NCBI GenBank assembly: GCA_004284765.1 | Contig: NQJD01000022.1 | Span: 1 to 32,000 of the forward strand | Reading direction: 5' to 3' | DNA length: 32,000 bases | From: Candidatus Electronema aureum | GTDB taxonomy: Bacteria > Desulfobacterota > Desulfobulbia > Desulfobulbales > Desulfobulbaceae | Shown here: positions 8,323 through 16,696 of the stretch, in pieces | Layout of the letters: each line of letters begins with the position of its first letter | Numbering within the stretch: the stretch's first letter is position 1 | The notes under the pieces: generated by a model | The model's database searches: none | Told to the model about the DNA's origin: nothing | Seen by the model: only the letters and a program-made list of their open reading frames with translations | Translations under genes and position numbers: made by a program

Positions 8323-8361
8323 GCCATACGTTCCGCACATCCTGTGAGGCGTTTTTACGGC

Positions 8362-8393
8362 CTGTAAGGGCGAAAAATCTTTCGCCCTTACAG
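8362..8393. other. perfect 14-bp stem / 4-nt loop hairpin in non-coding DNA
   Basis: ctgtaagggcgaaa (8362-8375), loop aatc, tttcgcccttacag (8380-8393). There is no adjacent U-tract on either strand. It lies 146 nt downstream of the exonuclease stop. Confidence 0.9.
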
Positions 8394-8538
8394 ATTCTGC
8401 CGTTTGCAGGCGCAGTTCAGCCCGTCTCGTACCACGTTGTCGCAGCATGATAATCTGCCCTGCTCACCACTTCATACCATAAAGTACAAAAAATTGCCGC
8501 AAAGAAATGGCGACTTATTCTTTTTTGTATTTTGTGCG

Positions 8539-9258
8539 CTAATTTTGGCGCAGCAGGAGCGGCTGACCGACATTATGAAGCTGGCGCAGGGTTTGCACCT
8601 GGCCATTGTTCAATTTTTTTGCCAGAAAAAGGAAAAGATAGGCGCACTGAAGGGCATCTTCAAGCGCACTATGAGCCTTGAAGCGCGGCAGCTTGAACTC
8701 TTCGGCGATCTCATTCAAGTTGCAGGGCAGCGACTGGTCGCAGTAGCCGTAATCACAGACATAACTGGTCTCTTTATAGGCTTTGACCAAGCGCAGCGTG
8801 TCAATTGTCGGGTTTGCCAAGGTGCCACCCAGCACTTTTTTGGTCGCCCGATTGAGATAGCCCATGTCAATTTCCAGAAAATGGCCGATCAGCAGGGCAT
8901 CACCGCAGAATTCGACAAACTCAGGCAGCACGTCTCTGATCGGACGGGCGGCGCGGAGCTGATCCGGGGTAATTTGATGGATAAACGTGGCCTGATTGTG
9001 CTTGAGATTCAATGGCCGCACCAGCGTATGAAAGACATTACCCAGTTCCAGCTGCATATTGCTGATCTTAACTGCACCAATGGAGATAATTTCGTCCTTG
9101 TAGCTCAGTCCAGTCAATTCCGTGTCCAGCACCACGAAGCTGTAGTCGGTCAGCGGCTTGTTTTGGTCGAATTGAGCGAAGCGGCGGCGGTTTTCCACCA
9201 GCAAAGGATGCGGCTGGCGCTGTTCCAGCAGCTCCCGCAGATAACTGAGCAGGCTCAT
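8539..9258 (-). CDS. DEDDh-type 3'-5' exonuclease (DnaQ / Pol III epsilon-like)
   Basis: Exo I VVLDTELTG, Exo II GHFLEIDMGYL, Exo III HSALEDALQCA. ATGA overlap with the upstream DUF294 gene. Confidence 0.85.
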   Translation of the reverse strand: MSLLSYLRELLEQRQPHPLLVENRRRFAQFDQNKPLTDYSFVVLDTELTGLSYKDEIISIGAVKISNMQLELGNVFHTLVRPLNLKHNQATFIHQITPDQLRAARPIRDVLPEFVEFCGDALLIGHFLEIDMGYLNRATKKVLGGTLANPTIDTLRLVKAYKETSYVCDYGYCDQSLPCNLNEIAEEFKLPRFKAHSALEDALQCAYLFLFLAKKLNNGQVQTLRQLHNVGQPLLLRQN

Positions 9259-11189
9259 AGCGCAGGAAAGAAGGTTTTTAACACAGCGTGCAGCCGGTCA
9301 ATCACCTCAAAAGCATCGCGCAGCATTCGCCGGTCGAGTTCCGACAAATCTGCTGGAGCGATGTGATTATCCGGCGGCGTGTTTACTTCAAGCTGATTGA
9401 GCTGATGCACCAGCCGGAGCTGCATCTGCATCTCGTAGGCATCAGTCGCTGCTGCCAGCAGTTCCTCGCTGAGAATCTTTTCTTTACCCAACACCTGGAG
9501 CCTGGCCAAGGTGTTTGTCTCGCGGATGCCGTGCCGCAAGGCGAGGATGCGGGCGAAATTGACAAAGGGGGTCAATCCCTGCACCTTGATGTCGAGCTTG
9601 TTCTTGTGTTCGCCGTCCTTATCAACAATGAAGTTTTTGAAGAAGGAGAGTGGTGCTTTGGCAGATAAGCACTGTCGAGCGAGGTGAAAGAGGTACAGCT
9701 CGCTTTTCTTGGTCAGTCCGTTCAAGTGCTGGCGCAGTTCATCTGCTAAAATGGCCTTGCCAAAGCCTGCCCGGAAATCAAAGAAGATGCTGGCGTTCAG
9801 CACTTCCTCTGGCTCAGGCAAGGCAGCCCAGTCGCTGAAGCATTGTTTCCAGGCCGAAAGCGGTTGTCGCCATTTGGGATTCGTTGCCATGATCTCGCCG
9901 GGGCAAAGCGGGTAGCCGCACTGCACCAGATGCTCGATGGCAAGGCGAGCAAGAGCGGCAAAATACGCTTCACAGGCAGCGGCCTGCTGCGCATCTGCTG
10001 GGTCTTCGTACAGAATGGCGTTGTCCTGGTCTGTGCGGAAGGTCTGCTCCCGCCGACCCTCGGAACCCATCAGCAGCCAGCAGTACGCGACCGGCGGCGG
10101 CCCCAGCTCTTCCTCTAACAGGGTGAGCAGCCGCTCCAGAATCTGATCGTTGAGGATGGCGATCATCCGGGCGATGTGTCCGGCCCGTGCTCCTTCCTTA
10201 ATCAGGTTGCGGATCATCTCTGGAATCTTGCGCGAGAGCGGATATAGCCCATCAATGCGCTGCTGTTTGCCGATTTCCTTGAATAAAGAATAGGGCGCGT
10301 GGCCTTGCAGCAAGGCGATGTCGTGCGAGGTGATCACGCCGATGATTTTATCCTTCTGCTCCACGGCTAAATGATGGGTGGAGCCGGACATCATCCTGAG
10401 CAGGGCATCAAAACAGGTGGCCTGCGACAGCACAGTGGCCACCGGCGCGGACATCACTGCCCGGATTGGCTCATTAGAGTCAAGGCCCGGTGCTAAGACC
10501 TTGTTGCGCAGGTCTCGGTCGGTGACAATACCGATAATTTGCTCTTCATCGTCCGGTTCATGGATCAGCAGGGAGGCCACTCGGAACTCGGCCATCTTGG
10601 CGGCGGCCTGACGGATGCTTGCGTCCGCCGCGATGGTGCGCGGAGCCTGCCGGATAATATCACCCACCTGAATGGAGAAAAGATGCAGGCTGCTATCATT
10701 GCTTCGGCCCACCCGGTGGTGGCGCAGCTCGCTGTAGGCAGTGGCCACAATCTTTTCCGAGAAGCTCTTCAGGTAGTATTGGGAGAATCCGGGCTGGCTG
10801 CTGATCAGCTCAAGGAACACCGCTCTCGGCAGAAGAAAGCAGAAGGTGTCCTCCACCATTTCCACGTCCAGATTGGCCAAGGTGCCGCGAATGATGCCGA
10901 GCGCGCCGATGCAGTCGCCCTCGCCCCGGTAGTCCTTGAGCGTGACTGCGCCCTCATCATCAACAATGAAGCACTTCACCCCGCCTTTCTGGATCAGATG
11001 CAGGTATTTGATTTCGCTCTTGCCCGCTTCGAGCAGCCGTGTACCCTTGGGAAAGAAGTCCACCTTCACCTTGCGGGCCACCTGATCAATGATTTCCGGG
11101 GCAAGTTCCTTAAACGGCATGATCTTGCCGAGAAATTCGGCTACAACTGCCGGGGCTGCGGAATGCGTAGTGCCTTTCATGGGGTTCAT
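9255..11189 (-). CDS. cNMP-binding + CBS-pair + DUF294 nucleotidyltransferase + DUF294_C protein
   Basis: 644-aa ORF. The N-terminal part is cyclic-nucleotide-binding-like and the central part is a tandem CBS region. A Pol-beta-type NTase motif is present (LLMGSEGRREQTFRTDQDNAIL). The alternative start ATG 11180 has better SD spacing. Confidence 0.85.
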   Translation of the reverse strand: MNPMKGTTHSAAPAVVAEFLGKIMPFKELAPEIIDQVARKVKVDFFPKGTRLLEAGKSEIKYLHLIQKGGVKCFIVDDEGAVTLKDYRGEGDCIGALGIIRGTLANLDVEMVEDTFCFLLPRAVFLELISSQPGFSQYYLKSFSEKIVATAYSELRHHRVGRSNDSSLHLFSIQVGDIIRQAPRTIAADASIRQAAAKMAEFRVASLLIHEPDDEEQIIGIVTDRDLRNKVLAPGLDSNEPIRAVMSAPVATVLSQATCFDALLRMMSGSTHHLAVEQKDKIIGVITSHDIALLQGHAPYSLFKEIGKQQRIDGLYPLSRKIPEMIRNLIKEGARAGHIARMIAILNDQILERLLTLLEEELGPPPVAYCWLLMGSEGRREQTFRTDQDNAILYEDPADAQQAAACEAYFAALARLAIEHLVQCGYPLCPGEIMATNPKWRQPLSAWKQCFSDWAALPEPEEVLNASIFFDFRAGFGKAILADELRQHLNGLTKKSELYLFHLARQCLSAKAPLSFFKNFIVDKDGEHKNKLDIKVQGLTPFVNFARILALRHGIRETNTLARLQVLGKEKILSEELLAAATDAYEMQMQLRLVHQLNQLEVNTPPDNHIAPADLSELDRRMLRDAFEVIDRLHAVLKTFFPAL

Positions 11190-11318
11190 CTCCTGTAATC
11201 GACAGGTTTGGACGGCTGCTACAGCCTCATCGTGGCTATCTTAGCGGCAGAGAGGCACTCTGGTAAACAGAAAAAAGCAGGGCAGAGAGAGCCATTTCTG
11301 CCGGGTTGCGTTTTTTTC

Positions 11319-11348
11319 TTGGCAGGAGCGGCCCTTTTTGTGTATGAT
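11319..11348 (+). promoter_or_regulatory. candidate sigma-70 promoter of the yceD-rpmF-plsX-fab operon
   Basis: TTGGCA (11319-11324), 18-nt spacer, TATGAT (11343-11348). This is a pattern match only. It would imply that the yceD start lies at one of the in-frame GTGs at 11387-11399 rather than 11360. Confidence 0.3.
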
Positions 11349-11359
11349 TTTAAATTTTA

Positions 11360-11914
11360 GTGTCCCCGCAGCCGCGTACCGACAAGGTGTCAGAGAGCGT
11401 GAACGTTCCATTTGCAGAGATTCCCAAAACAGGCAGCCATTACGCAGTAAGCGACGATGCTTGGCTGGCAGAGACTGGCTTGCTGCGCATAGCTCCAGTT
11501 GCAGCAGAGCTGAATCTTCGGTGCAAAGGCGAGAGCCGGGCCGAGGTAGAGGGCTTTCTGCGTACGGCGGTACGGCTTACTTGCGACTGTTGCCTGAACG
11601 ACTACGACTTTACTGTCGATGCTACCTTTCATCTGGTATTAGAAGTGCCTGATGAAGCTGACTGGAAGGTCAAAGAGCTGGAATGCACGGCTGCCGACTT
11701 TGACGTGGTGCAGGTTGATGAACCAATCGCTGATCTGGAAGATATCCTCCGGCAGCAGTTGTATCTCAGCCTGCCGATCAAGCAGGTCTGTTCGCCAGAC
11801 TGCCAAGGTCTCTGCCCGCATTGCGGTGCTGATCTGAATTCTGGCGGCTGCACCTGCTCGTCCGAGGTGAAGAATTCCCCGTTCGCCGCGTTGGCGGCAT
11901 TGAAGAAAAGATAA
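11360..11914 (+). CDS. yceD: YceD/DUF177 family protein (large-subunit ribosome-associated)
   Basis: Cys clusters CDCC and CSPDCQGLCPHCGADLN, and the C-terminal NSPFAALAALKK typical of YceD. It sits upstream of rpmF as in E. coli. The start codon is uncertain (GTG 11360 or 11387). Confidence 0.85.
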   Translation: MSPQPRTDKVSESVNVPFAEIPKTGSHYAVSDDAWLAETGLLRIAPVAAELNLRCKGESRAEVEGFLRTAVRLTCDCCLNDYDFTVDATFHLVLEVPDEADWKVKELECTAADFDVVQVDEPIADLEDILRQQLYLSLPIKQVCSPDCQGLCPHCGADLNSGGCTCSSEVKNSPFAALAALKKR

Positions 11915-11970
11915 AATAATCCATTCTGCCCTGCTTGAGGGCGGAGACGCACTGTTCAAGGAGAAAACAA

Positions 11971-12159
11971 ATGGCCTTGCCAAAAAGAAGACATTCCTAT
12001 TCCCGCACTCACAAGCGGAGAGCACACGACTTCCTCACCGCTCCTTCCGTAGGTCGCTGCCCGAACTGCGACGAGCCGAAGATGCCACATCAGCTTTGCT
12101 CTGGCTGTGGTAAATACAAGGGCAAAACCATTTATCAGCTTGGCGACGAGCTGGCGTAA
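11971..12159 (+). CDS. rpmF: 50S ribosomal protein L32
   Basis: MALPKRRHSYSRTHKRRAH... with CPNC...CSGC zinc-ribbon. ATG 11971 follows aaggag. The upstream part of the track ORF is rejected. Confidence 0.95.
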   Translation: MALPKRRHSYSRTHKRRAHDFLTAPSVGRCPNCDEPKMPHQLCSGCGKYKGKTIYQLGDELA

Positions 12160-12165
12160 GCTGCT

Positions 12166-13173
12166 GTGAGAATAGCCCTTGATGCCATGGGCGGCGACCG
12201 GGGTTCTGGCCCGCTGATTGACGGGGCCGTCCAGGCGGTCGAGCAGCATCCGGGCATCGAGGTGCTGCTGCTCGGCCCGGAGGAGCTGCTGCGGGCCGAG
12301 CTGGCCCAGCGGGGCAAAGGCGCGGAAACGCGCCTTTCCGTCGTTCATGCCCCGCAGACCGTCTCGATGGATGAGGCGGCAGTGGACTCAGTGCGCCGAA
12401 AGAAGGACTCCACCATCATGGTGGGCTTTGATCTGGTCAAACAAGGTCAGGCCGATGCTTTGGTCTCCGCCGGGCATTCCGGCGCGACCATGACTGCCGC
12501 CATCCTCCAGCTGGGACGGTTGAAGGGCATCTCTCGCCCCAGCATTGCCAGTGTTTTCCCTACGCTCAAAGAACCGGTTTTAGTGACCGACATCGGTGCC
12601 AACGTGGACTGCCGCCCGCAGCATCTCTATCAGTTCGCGGTCATGGCCTCGTCCTGCTCCGAGCTGCTGCTGAACCGGGCCAAGCCCCGCGTCGGTCTTC
12701 TCAGCATTGGCGAGGAGCCGGGCAAGGGCAACGCGGCAGTGAAGGAAGCCTATGATCTGCTCAAGGCCAGCAGCCTGAACTTTATCGGCAACGTCGAAGG
12801 CCGCGATGTGTACAGCGGCGATGTGGACGTGGTGATCTGCGACGGCTTTGTCGGTAACATCGTCCTGAAGATCAGTGAAGGACTGGCCGAAGCGATCCAG
12901 CAGATGCTCAAGACCGAGATCAAGAAATCCTTGGGAGCCAGCCTCGCCTCCTTCTTCATCCGCCCGGCCTTTCGCGCCTTCCGCAAGCGGGTGGATTACG
13001 CCGAATACGGCGGGGCACCACTGCTCGGCATCAACGGGGTGGGTATCATCTGTCATGGCACCTCCTCCGCAGTTGCCATCCGCAACGCCATTAAGGAAGC
13101 AGCCAAGATGGCTGAATGCCAGGTCAACGCGGCCATTACCCGTCATCTTCAGCAGGAAGTGGTGCAGGCATGA
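12166..13173 (+). CDS. plsX: phosphate acyltransferase PlsX
   Basis: (V)RIALDAMGGD N-terminus and HGTS near the C-terminus. GTG start 7 nt after rpmF. Confidence 0.95.
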   Translation: MRIALDAMGGDRGSGPLIDGAVQAVEQHPGIEVLLLGPEELLRAELAQRGKGAETRLSVVHAPQTVSMDEAAVDSVRRKKDSTIMVGFDLVKQGQADALVSAGHSGATMTAAILQLGRLKGISRPSIASVFPTLKEPVLVTDIGANVDCRPQHLYQFAVMASSCSELLLNRAKPRVGLLSIGEEPGKGNAAVKEAYDLLKASSLNFIGNVEGRDVYSGDVDVVICDGFVGNIVLKISEGLAEAIQQMLKTEIKKSLGASLASFFIRPAFRAFRKRVDYAEYGGAPLLGINGVGIICHGTSSAVAIRNAIKEAAKMAECQVNAAITRHLQQEVVQA

Positions 13174-14144
13174 GGCGGGCGGCTGTCCTTGGCACTGGCT
13201 CTTGTCTGCCTGAACGAGTGCTGACCAACGCCGAGCTGGAGCAGATGGTGGAGACCTCGGACGAGTGGATTACTGCTCGCACCGGCATCCGCAGCCGCCG
13301 CATCGCCGGGCCGGACGAGCAGAATTACCAGCTCGCCACGCGGGCGGCCCGCCGTGCCCTTGAGGCAGCCGGAGTCACTGCGGACGAGCTTGGCCTGATC
13401 ATCGTCGCCACCATCAGCCCGCACATGCTGATGCCTTCCTGCGCCTGCTTTGTCCAAGCGGAGCTGGGCGCGGCCAAAGCCTTCGCCTTTGATTTGAACG
13501 CAGCCTGCTCCGGTTTTCTTTATGGGCTAGATGTGGCGGCTAAATACATCGTCGCTGATCCGAACATGAAGGTGCTGGTGATCGGCTCGGAGACGCTCTC
13601 GGCGCGGGTTGATTGGGACGACCGCAACACCTGCATCCTCTTCGGCGACGGAGCCGGGGCCTGCGTGGTCGGCGGCGCGGAAGGGCGCGGCATCATTGAC
13701 AGCTGCCTGCTTTCCGACGGCAGCCTGTGGAATTTGCTCTACATGGACAGCCCGGCCAGCACCAATCCTGATCTGCTCGACCCGAAGAGCAAAGGCTGCG
13801 TCATCCAGATGTCTGGCCGCGATGTCTTCAAATACGCCGTCCGGGCGATGGAGGACGTTGTCCGCCAGCTTTTGGAGCGGCAGCAGCTCGCTGTCCAAGA
13901 CATCTCGCTCATCATTCCCCATCAGGCCAACATCCGCATTCTGGACAATCTTGCCGAACGCCTCGGCGCGGTGCCGGAGCAAATTTTCTGCAACGTGAAC
14001 AAATACGGCAACACCTCGGCGGCCAGCATTCCGATTGCCTTGGACGAGGCGGTGCGCGAAGGGCGGCTGCATCGCGGCGGCAAGCTGTTGCTCTGCTCGT
14101 TTGGCGGCGGCTTTACTTGGGGTTCGATGCTGCTGGACTGGTAG
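13170..14144 (+). CDS. fabH: 3-oxoacyl-ACP synthase III FabH
   Basis: MRRAAVLGTGSCLPERVLTNAELE..., active-site context NAACSGF, HQAN, GNTSAASIP. ATGA overlap with plsX. Confidence 0.95.
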   Translation: MRRAAVLGTGSCLPERVLTNAELEQMVETSDEWITARTGIRSRRIAGPDEQNYQLATRAARRALEAAGVTADELGLIIVATISPHMLMPSCACFVQAELGAAKAFAFDLNAACSGFLYGLDVAAKYIVADPNMKVLVIGSETLSARVDWDDRNTCILFGDGAGACVVGGAEGRGIIDSCLLSDGSLWNLLYMDSPASTNPDLLDPKSKGCVIQMSGRDVFKYAVRAMEDVVRQLLERQQLAVQDISLIIPHQANIRILDNLAERLGAVPEQIFCNVNKYGNTSAASIPIALDEAVREGRLHRGGKLLLCSFGGGFTWGSMLLDW

Positions 14145-14151
14145 CGCAAAG

Positions 14152-14278
14152 GTTTCATGCGCATGACTGTCCGGCTGTCATGTGCATGAGTTTCAGAAGG
14201 TCATAAGTATGACTGTCAGACTGTCATGAGCATGAGTCTCAGGCAGTCATGTACATGAGCGGGCGCGTTTCATGCGCA
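14152..14278 (+). promoter_or_regulatory. tandem repeat / palindrome array between fabH and the acyl-CoA dehydrogenase gene (candidate operator region)
   Basis: Two 41-nt units (14156-14196 and 14202-14242) are 34/41 identical, and a partial third unit lies at 14244-14259. The 19-nt near-palindrome ATGACTGTCAGACTGTCAT is at 14209-14227. The array is bracketed by 12-nt perfect direct repeats gtttcatgcgca (14152-14163 and 14267-14278). Confidence 0.6.
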
Positions 14279-14297
14279 GTGAGCAAAGGAGAACACG

Positions 14298-15446
14298 GTG
14301 GATTATTTTCTGACTGAAGAACAGCGGATGATCAAAGAGACCGCCCGCGATCTGACCGAGGCGAAGATCATTCCCAAGCGGGCCGAGCTGGACGAGCGCA
14401 ACGAGTTCGCAGGCGAGCTGCTGGCTGACATCGCTAAAGCTGATCTCTTCGCCGTGCTGGTGCCCGAAGCCTACGGCGGCATGGGTGTTGGCATCTTTGA
14501 CATCGTGCTTGCTTTGGAAGAACTGGCGCGGGGCTGCGTCGGCGTGGCCACCAGCTTTGCCGCCTGCGGCCTTGGCATTTTGCCGATTCTCATTTCCGGC
14601 AGCGAGGAGCTGAAGGAGAAGTATCTGCCCGCAGTTGCTGAGGGCAAGAGCCTGGCCGCCTTTGGCCTGACTGAGGCCAATGCCGGTTCCGATGCGGCGG
14701 GCATCCGCACCACGGCTGTGGACGGCGGCGACTGCTGGATTCTCAACGGCACCAAGCAGTGGATCACCAACGGCGGCGAGGCGCAGATTTACTCCATCAT
14801 TGCCCTCACCAGCCCGGAGAAAGGCATACGCGGGGCCTCGATGTTTGTGGTTGAGGACGGCGATCCTGGCTTCTCCTACGGCAAGAAGGAGAACAAGATG
14901 GGCATCCGCGCCTCAGCCACCCGCGAGCTGGTGATGAAGGACTGCCGCATTCCTAAAGACCGGCTGATCGGCAGAAAGGGCCACGGCTTTATCACGGTGA
15001 TGAAGACCTTGGACGTGTCGCGGCCCGGCATTGCCAGCTTGGGCGTGGGCTTGGCGCAAGCGGCACTCGACGAAGCGGCAAGCTATGCCAAGCAGCGCGT
15101 GCAATTTGGCAAGCCGATCATCAGCTTCCAGGCTGTCCAGCACATGCTCGCAGATATGGCGATTCAGACCGAGGCGGCGCGGGGCTTGGTCTATGGCGCG
15201 GCCCGGCATATTGATGCGCATCCTGAGGACGCAAGCAAGGTCTCGTCCATGTGCAAGGTCTTTGCCACGGATGCAGCCATGAAGGTGACGACAGATGCGG
15301 TGCAGGTCATGGGCGGCTACGGCTACATGAAAGAGTATCCGGTTGAGAAGATGATGCGCGATGCCAAGATCCTGCAAATCTACGAAGGCACCAACCAGAT
15401 TCAGCGCAATGTGATTGGCCAGGAACTGAACCGGGAATACGCATGA
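14298..15446 (+). CDS. acyl-CoA dehydrogenase (short-chain / butyryl-CoA dehydrogenase type)
   Basis: 382-aa ORF with GTG start after aaggag. Motifs GLTEANAGSD, WITNG, and catalytic-Glu context IYEGTNQIQR. Confidence 0.9.
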   Translation: MDYFLTEEQRMIKETARDLTEAKIIPKRAELDERNEFAGELLADIAKADLFAVLVPEAYGGMGVGIFDIVLALEELARGCVGVATSFAACGLGILPILISGSEELKEKYLPAVAEGKSLAAFGLTEANAGSDAAGIRTTAVDGGDCWILNGTKQWITNGGEAQIYSIIALTSPEKGIRGASMFVVEDGDPGFSYGKKENKMGIRASATRELVMKDCRIPKDRLIGRKGHGFITVMKTLDVSRPGIASLGVGLAQAALDEAASYAKQRVQFGKPIISFQAVQHMLADMAIQTEAARGLVYGAARHIDAHPEDASKVSSMCKVFATDAAMKVTTDAVQVMGGYGYMKEYPVEKMMRDAKILQIYEGTNQIQRNVIGQELNREYA

Positions 15447-16222
15447 AGATTATCGTCTGCATCAAGCAGGTGCCAGATGCCAAAGACGTGCGCCTTGATC
15501 CCAAGACCAACACCTTAGCCCGTGAAGGCGTGGCCGCGATCATGAATCCCTTTGACCGCCATGCCTTGGAAGAGGCGGTGCGGCTGAAGGAGCAGCTTGG
15601 CGGCACGGTGACGGCGTTGTCAATGGGGCCGCCGCAGGCGAAAGAGGTGCTGCTGGAGGCGATTTCCTGCGGCGCGGACGAGGGTGTGCTGGTCTCTGAT
15701 CGGGCCTTTGCTGGCGCAGACACTTGGGCGACTTCCTACACCCTTGCCAAGGCTGTGCAGTGCTTGGGCGCGTTTGATCTGATACTCTGCGGCAAGCAGG
15801 CGATTGACGGCGACACGGCGCAGGTCGGGCCGGGACTGGCGGCGCAGCTCAAGCTGCCCTATGTCACCTGTGTGCAAAAGACCCGCGAGGCCAGTGCTGC
15901 CGCGCTCCGGGTGGAGCGGATGATGGATGACGGCTACGATGTGGTGCAGCTGCCGCTGCCTGCCTTGCTGACTGTGGTCAAGGACATCAACGAGCCACGG
16001 GTGTCCTCGCTGAAGGGCAAGATGAAGGCGAAGAAGGCGGAAATCCGGGTGCTTTCTGCTGCGGACATCAAGGCGGAGCCGCAGTGCATCGGCTTGGCTG
16101 GTTCGCCGACCAAGGTGGCGCGGGTGTTCTCGCCGGAGCCGCGCGGCAACCGGAAGATGTTCTCCGGCACAGCGGTGGAGCAGGTGACGCAGTTGGTGGC
16201 GGAGATTCAGGGGTATTTGTGA
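15443..16222 (+). CDS. etfB: electron transfer flavoprotein beta subunit
   Basis: MKIIVCIKQVPD N-terminus and CGKQAIDGDTAQVGP. ATGA overlap with the dehydrogenase gene. Confidence 0.9.
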   Translation: MKIIVCIKQVPDAKDVRLDPKTNTLAREGVAAIMNPFDRHALEEAVRLKEQLGGTVTALSMGPPQAKEVLLEAISCGADEGVLVSDRAFAGADTWATSYTLAKAVQCLGAFDLILCGKQAIDGDTAQVGPGLAAQLKLPYVTCVQKTREASAAALRVERMMDDGYDVVQLPLPALLTVVKDINEPRVSSLKGKMKAKKAEIRVLSAADIKAEPQCIGLAGSPTKVARVFSPEPRGNRKMFSGTAVEQVTQLVAEIQGYL

Positions 16223-16416
16223 AAGAGCAGCTTGATTTTTCTTGGGAAGGCGCATTAGCTGATCTGAAAGATCAATATACCTCTGTGGAGTTGCAGCACG
16301 AGGCGATGCAGTGGAGGATTGATGAACTTGATGCTGATGCTCGGAAGGGCGGCACAGAGTTGTTTATGCAGGACAAGCAGGCGAAGATTAGTTTGGAACA
16401 CAAATTAAAAATGTGA
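16219..16416 (+). CDS. small hypothetical acidic protein (65 aa), start overlapping the etfB stop
   Basis: The GTG at 16219 overlaps the etfB TGA (ttGTGAaa). The ORF ends 10 nt before the antitoxin ATG. No recognised domain; coding status uncertain. Confidence 0.35.
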   Translation: MKEQLDFSWEGALADLKDQYTSVELQHEAMQWRIDELDADARKGGTELFMQDKQAKISLEHKLKM

Positions 16417-16426
16417 GGGAAAAATC

Positions 16427-16696
16427 ATGCCAGAGCTTGCTACAACTAAAATGTCATCGAAAGGGCAAGTAATCATACCGGAAGAAATACGCAAGCGCCT
16501 TAACTTGAAAAGCGGCACTCAATTCGTTATTGTTGCCGATAAAGATGTTGTTGTTTTAAAAAACATTACGCCACCTTCAATGGACGAATTTGATACGCTC
16601 ATCGCACAGGCGCGGGCGGCAGGGAAAGAGTCTGGCTTAAAAAAGAAGGATATTCAAGAAGCGATCATAAAGGCCAGAGGAACTGCCAAGAAGTGA
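16427..16696 (+). CDS. AbrB/MazE/SpoVT-family antitoxin
   Basis: SSKGQVIIPEEIRKRLNLKSGTQFVIV is the swapped-hairpin SpoVT-AbrB signature. Its stop overlaps the toxin start (GTGA). Confidence 0.85.
   Translation: MPELATTKMSSKGQVIIPEEIRKRLNLKSGTQFVIVADKDVVVLKNITPPSMDEFDTLIAQARAAGKESGLKKKDIQEAIIKARGTAKK

Noticed and set aside
7936-8448. 170-aa minus-strand ORF spanning the DapB-like leader and running into the DapB-like gene out of frame. Also the small plus-strand ORFs 8144-8367.
   Set aside because: The 170-aa ORF crosses the terminator hairpin and T8 tract and overlaps a well-supported CDS. The sequence is repeat- and hairpin-derived, with no SD.
8067-8538. Lysine (L-box) riboswitch in front of the DapB-like gene.
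   Set aside because: It is attractive functionally, but I could not find the conserved L-box core sequences by eye. It is kept only as an unclassified attenuator candidate.
11277-11318. Hairpin ggcaga/tctgcc flanked by A6 and T7 between the divergent DUF294 and yceD genes (possible bidirectional terminator or sRNA end).
   Set aside because: The stem is only 6 bp with a 10-nt loop. The T-run is 8 nt from the stem. No convergent transcription units exist here that would need termination.
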